Origin: Podarcis melisellensis
Lineage: Eukaryota
Length of the DNA stretch: 64,000 bases
Reading direction: 5' to 3' (one strand)
NCBI GenBank assembly: GCA_964234715.1
Contig: OZ174275.1
Shown in pieces: positions 60,947 through 64,000 of the stretch (its first letter is position 1; every line of letters starts with the position of its first letter). The notes under the pieces were generated by a model. It saw only the letters and a list, made by a program, of their open reading frames with translations, ran no database searches and had not been told where the DNA came from. Position numbers and translations under genes: made by a program.

Positions 60947-63900
60947 GTAAGTAATCTCAGTAAACCAAGAATAAACAGCTTTCTTCAGCTAAGATCCAAA
61001 ACGGAACGCTTTCCCCTCCTTAAAGGTACAGTACCTCATTCTTATGCTTTACGTGGGTGAAATGTTATTGATGTGCTGGATTTCAGTTTCCTAAACAGGA
61101 GTAGTAAGGCTGCGCACTTGACTGAATCCTCTTCCCTTTGAAAGTACACAACCATCCTAAAGAAATGTAAGCGCTTAGTCTGTGCTGAAGTCTGATATTT
61201 AAGTAATTTTATCAAGAGAACATGTCCTTGGCTTAGAATCATTAGCAGCTGCCCTGTACTTTTTGCTAACAAGTTGAAATGATTAGCTACTACTCTGATT
61301 GTTTATAAACAAGTAAGTGTAAAATGAGCTCACTGTAACAGTAGCATGCTATTGTATGAGCTTTTCTGCCACATGTTCCCTGAACAGAATATACACCAGA
61401 ACCACTTGCTTGATGGATTGCCTTGTAGCCTCTGGAACCTGTCTTTTAAGAAGAGCTTTGTGGAGCTGTTTCTTTGGTGTAGTAGTCCATATCTGCTTTT
61501 AAAAGAAGCTACTGTATAACTAAGCCAAAGGGATCTAGGATATGAAGAAGTTTTTTAATTTCAGGTAAAAGATTAACAAATATATTAGAGGAAGGAATTG
61601 GTGCAGTTATCATTTTAGCCACATGGTTTGCAATTCTAATTTACTTGTCATGAATTCTTTTAAAGTATATTTCCTGAGTGTTTTGACTTGTGTGAAAAGC
61701 ATAATTTCAGCTGCCATAAACTGAAAGTTTCAAGATCAATATTGTTTATATTCACGTTTATACATTAATGCAAGAAATTGTAAGCTGGCCAGTATTCCAG
61801 TTCCACATGGTAAAACTTTTCTTGTGGTACTGAGTATATTATGGGGAATGTGGCAAGAATAGTCAGTGTTTGGACAATACATATTTAAATAAGCCAAGAA
61901 CTCTTGCATATTGAAATAGTTACTGTACTTTTTTGACATTTGCTGAGGGTTGTGTTCTGCCCCATCAGATACTGCAGACAAACTATTTTTTGGATTGCAG
62001 CCATGATGTTTAATGCAAAGCGCAAGGAATACAGTTCTATATTCATAGTGAGTGTCACTATTTCTGTCACTCCTATGGCTGATCCATTCTTATGAAAATA
62101 TTTAACTTCCATCGCTATCTACATTATTTCTGTGTTTTTCGGCATTCTAGAACTTGCATTTATTTCATTTCACAGTATCAGTCTGGTAATTCTCATTTTC
62201 TTATTTAATTTATAATTGCTTTATAGCATATATGCTATATTCTTAGCTAGCCCAGTACTTATGCATTCAAGAACTTGATCTAGTTATAAAGTAGGAAGTT
62301 TGAAGGTCAAGTGAAGGCCTTCATAATACATATCCAATACCTTACTTTGGGATCCTAGAAACAAAGGGCCTAACAATTCCTCAAATACTTTTTTCTGTCT
62401 GATAGATGGCTTGTCTAATCTAAACACGAGAGCAGGAAACTGCCTGTTTTATTGTTAACATTTCAAAATCTCTTGCTAGTTTGCGTGTGAGAGAGGAGAG
62501 CAGAGTGGGATTAGGTGCCTAAAGATTTACTGGAAGGGGGATACTTGGTTAGCTCACTTCTGTACTGTTTGCAGTTGCCCTCTAAGGCCAGCTGGGTACC
62601 ATCCTGCTTTCATTTCTCAATTGCTGGAGAAATGTTTACTTGGTTTTAAACAAGTCTTAAATCTTTCAAGGTGAACAGGTGATGCACTTAACACTTACAG
62701 TAAGTACTGTGATTAGCTATGTGAATTGTTTTATTTTTCAAATGGCTGTGTGTGAATACGGACCCAGCTTGGTGGCATCAGTAATACAGTAAAAAATAGA
62801 AGTTGTACTAATTTTAGTGCTGTGAAATAGTATAATCAGTTAAGTGTTATGGTGGAGGTCCTTAGAAACGGAGTTCTTTATAGTAACCTGTTAACTGCAG
62901 TTTACCGGGATGTGCAAGCTGGGCCATTCTGTTTTGAAGTTCTCTTCTCCTAAGAATGAACGTATATTTAGTTAATGGAAATACCATGTGATTGGAAGAC
63001 ACAGTACAGCAAAAGCACACTATTGTGGAACAGGCCTCGATGAGGCGTTATACAACAGAGATCCTCCATCGCTTGGCTCAGGCATCAAACGAAGCCTCGC
63101 AACATAAGCCAAATGCTCTCTATTGGGAATAATTTTGTTGTACAATGGCACTTGCCCACATTATTGCATTCCTGCCTATGTCATTTCCCCATGTCAGATA
63201 ATAAGCTCCCATTTGTGTTGCCAATGTAACTGTGTAAGGCACCATGTAAACAACTGTGAACAATGAAATTTACATATCACCATTTGAGTGCTCAGATTTA
63301 AACACATTAACTCAGAAATCCTTATAACAACCATGTCAGGTACTTTAGTAATCACTGTATGTATTCTACACTGAAGGATGAGGGTGGTTTGCCTAAAATT
63401 ACCTAGTGAGTTCATGGATGAATCAGGTACAACTTGAACCAGGGACTATGCAGGACCAAGTCTATGGAACTAATAAAATTCAGAATTGCATAACTATATA
63501 CAGTACTATCCTGAACTAAATGCATAGGGCAGTGGTGGCGAGCACAGAGCCGACAGAAGGCAAGGGCAGTGTGTTGAATCCTCAGCTCAACTTGTGTCCG
63601 AGTAGAAGCGCCTCAGATGGGGAGTCGGGAGGTGTGTGTGTGCAAAACGGAGCAACAACCTCCTGGGCGCACGTTTTCCCTTGGGGTGCCTCCACTGTGG
63701 GTGGGGAGGGTGCAGCACTATGCTCAGAAGCATGCTGACGCAGCTCAGCTGGGGAGTGTGAAGCCTCCACTCCACTTCTGAGAGATCCCCGCCTCCAATC
63801 CTGCTTTGCCCTGCTTTGCATGCAAGTAGAAACAGGATCGGGCAGCTCAGCTGAGGAGCGCCTGGCTGCTTTCAGGTGGTGCAGGGGCTCTCAGATGCAG

Positions 63901-64000
63901 CTTCTGGGCTGCCTCCACCTTCCCCAACCTCAGCAACTATTCAGCCTGGCTGCCTTCATGGGGTTGCAGGGGATCTGATGCAGAGGTGGGGGTCCTTTAA

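Overview
Vertebrate genomic DNA, most likely a lacertid lizard judging from the SINE/MITE repertoire (inference). The minus strand carries CTR9 (PAF1 complex TPR subunit). Exons 3-25 are fully traceable with GT-AG boundaries from 27136 down to the stop at 5571; the coding part of exon 1 and most of exon 2 fall in a 200-N gap beside a CpG-island promoter (~29.2-29.6 kb). The first coding exon of IRAG1/MRVI1 (MVKAP...NSSVL) lies on the plus strand at 60841-60946, with a perfect CArG box overlapping its ATG. The main finding sits between these two genes: 12 phase-compatible plus-strand exons (32926-47408) that join into a ~630-codon open frame. Its N-terminal half is a KASH5/long-LRMP-type EF-hand pair plus coiled coil, i.e. 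a candidate dynein-adaptor module that is either a separate gene or a long 5' extension of IRAG1. A coding exon of another unidentified minus-strand gene runs off the left edge (20-376). The remainder is introns with hAT and Tc1/mariner MITEs, tRNA-derived SINEs, L1, L2 and RTE-X-like LINE fragments (two nested insertions with TSDs) and microsatellites. All homology statements rest on recalled sequences; no searches were run.
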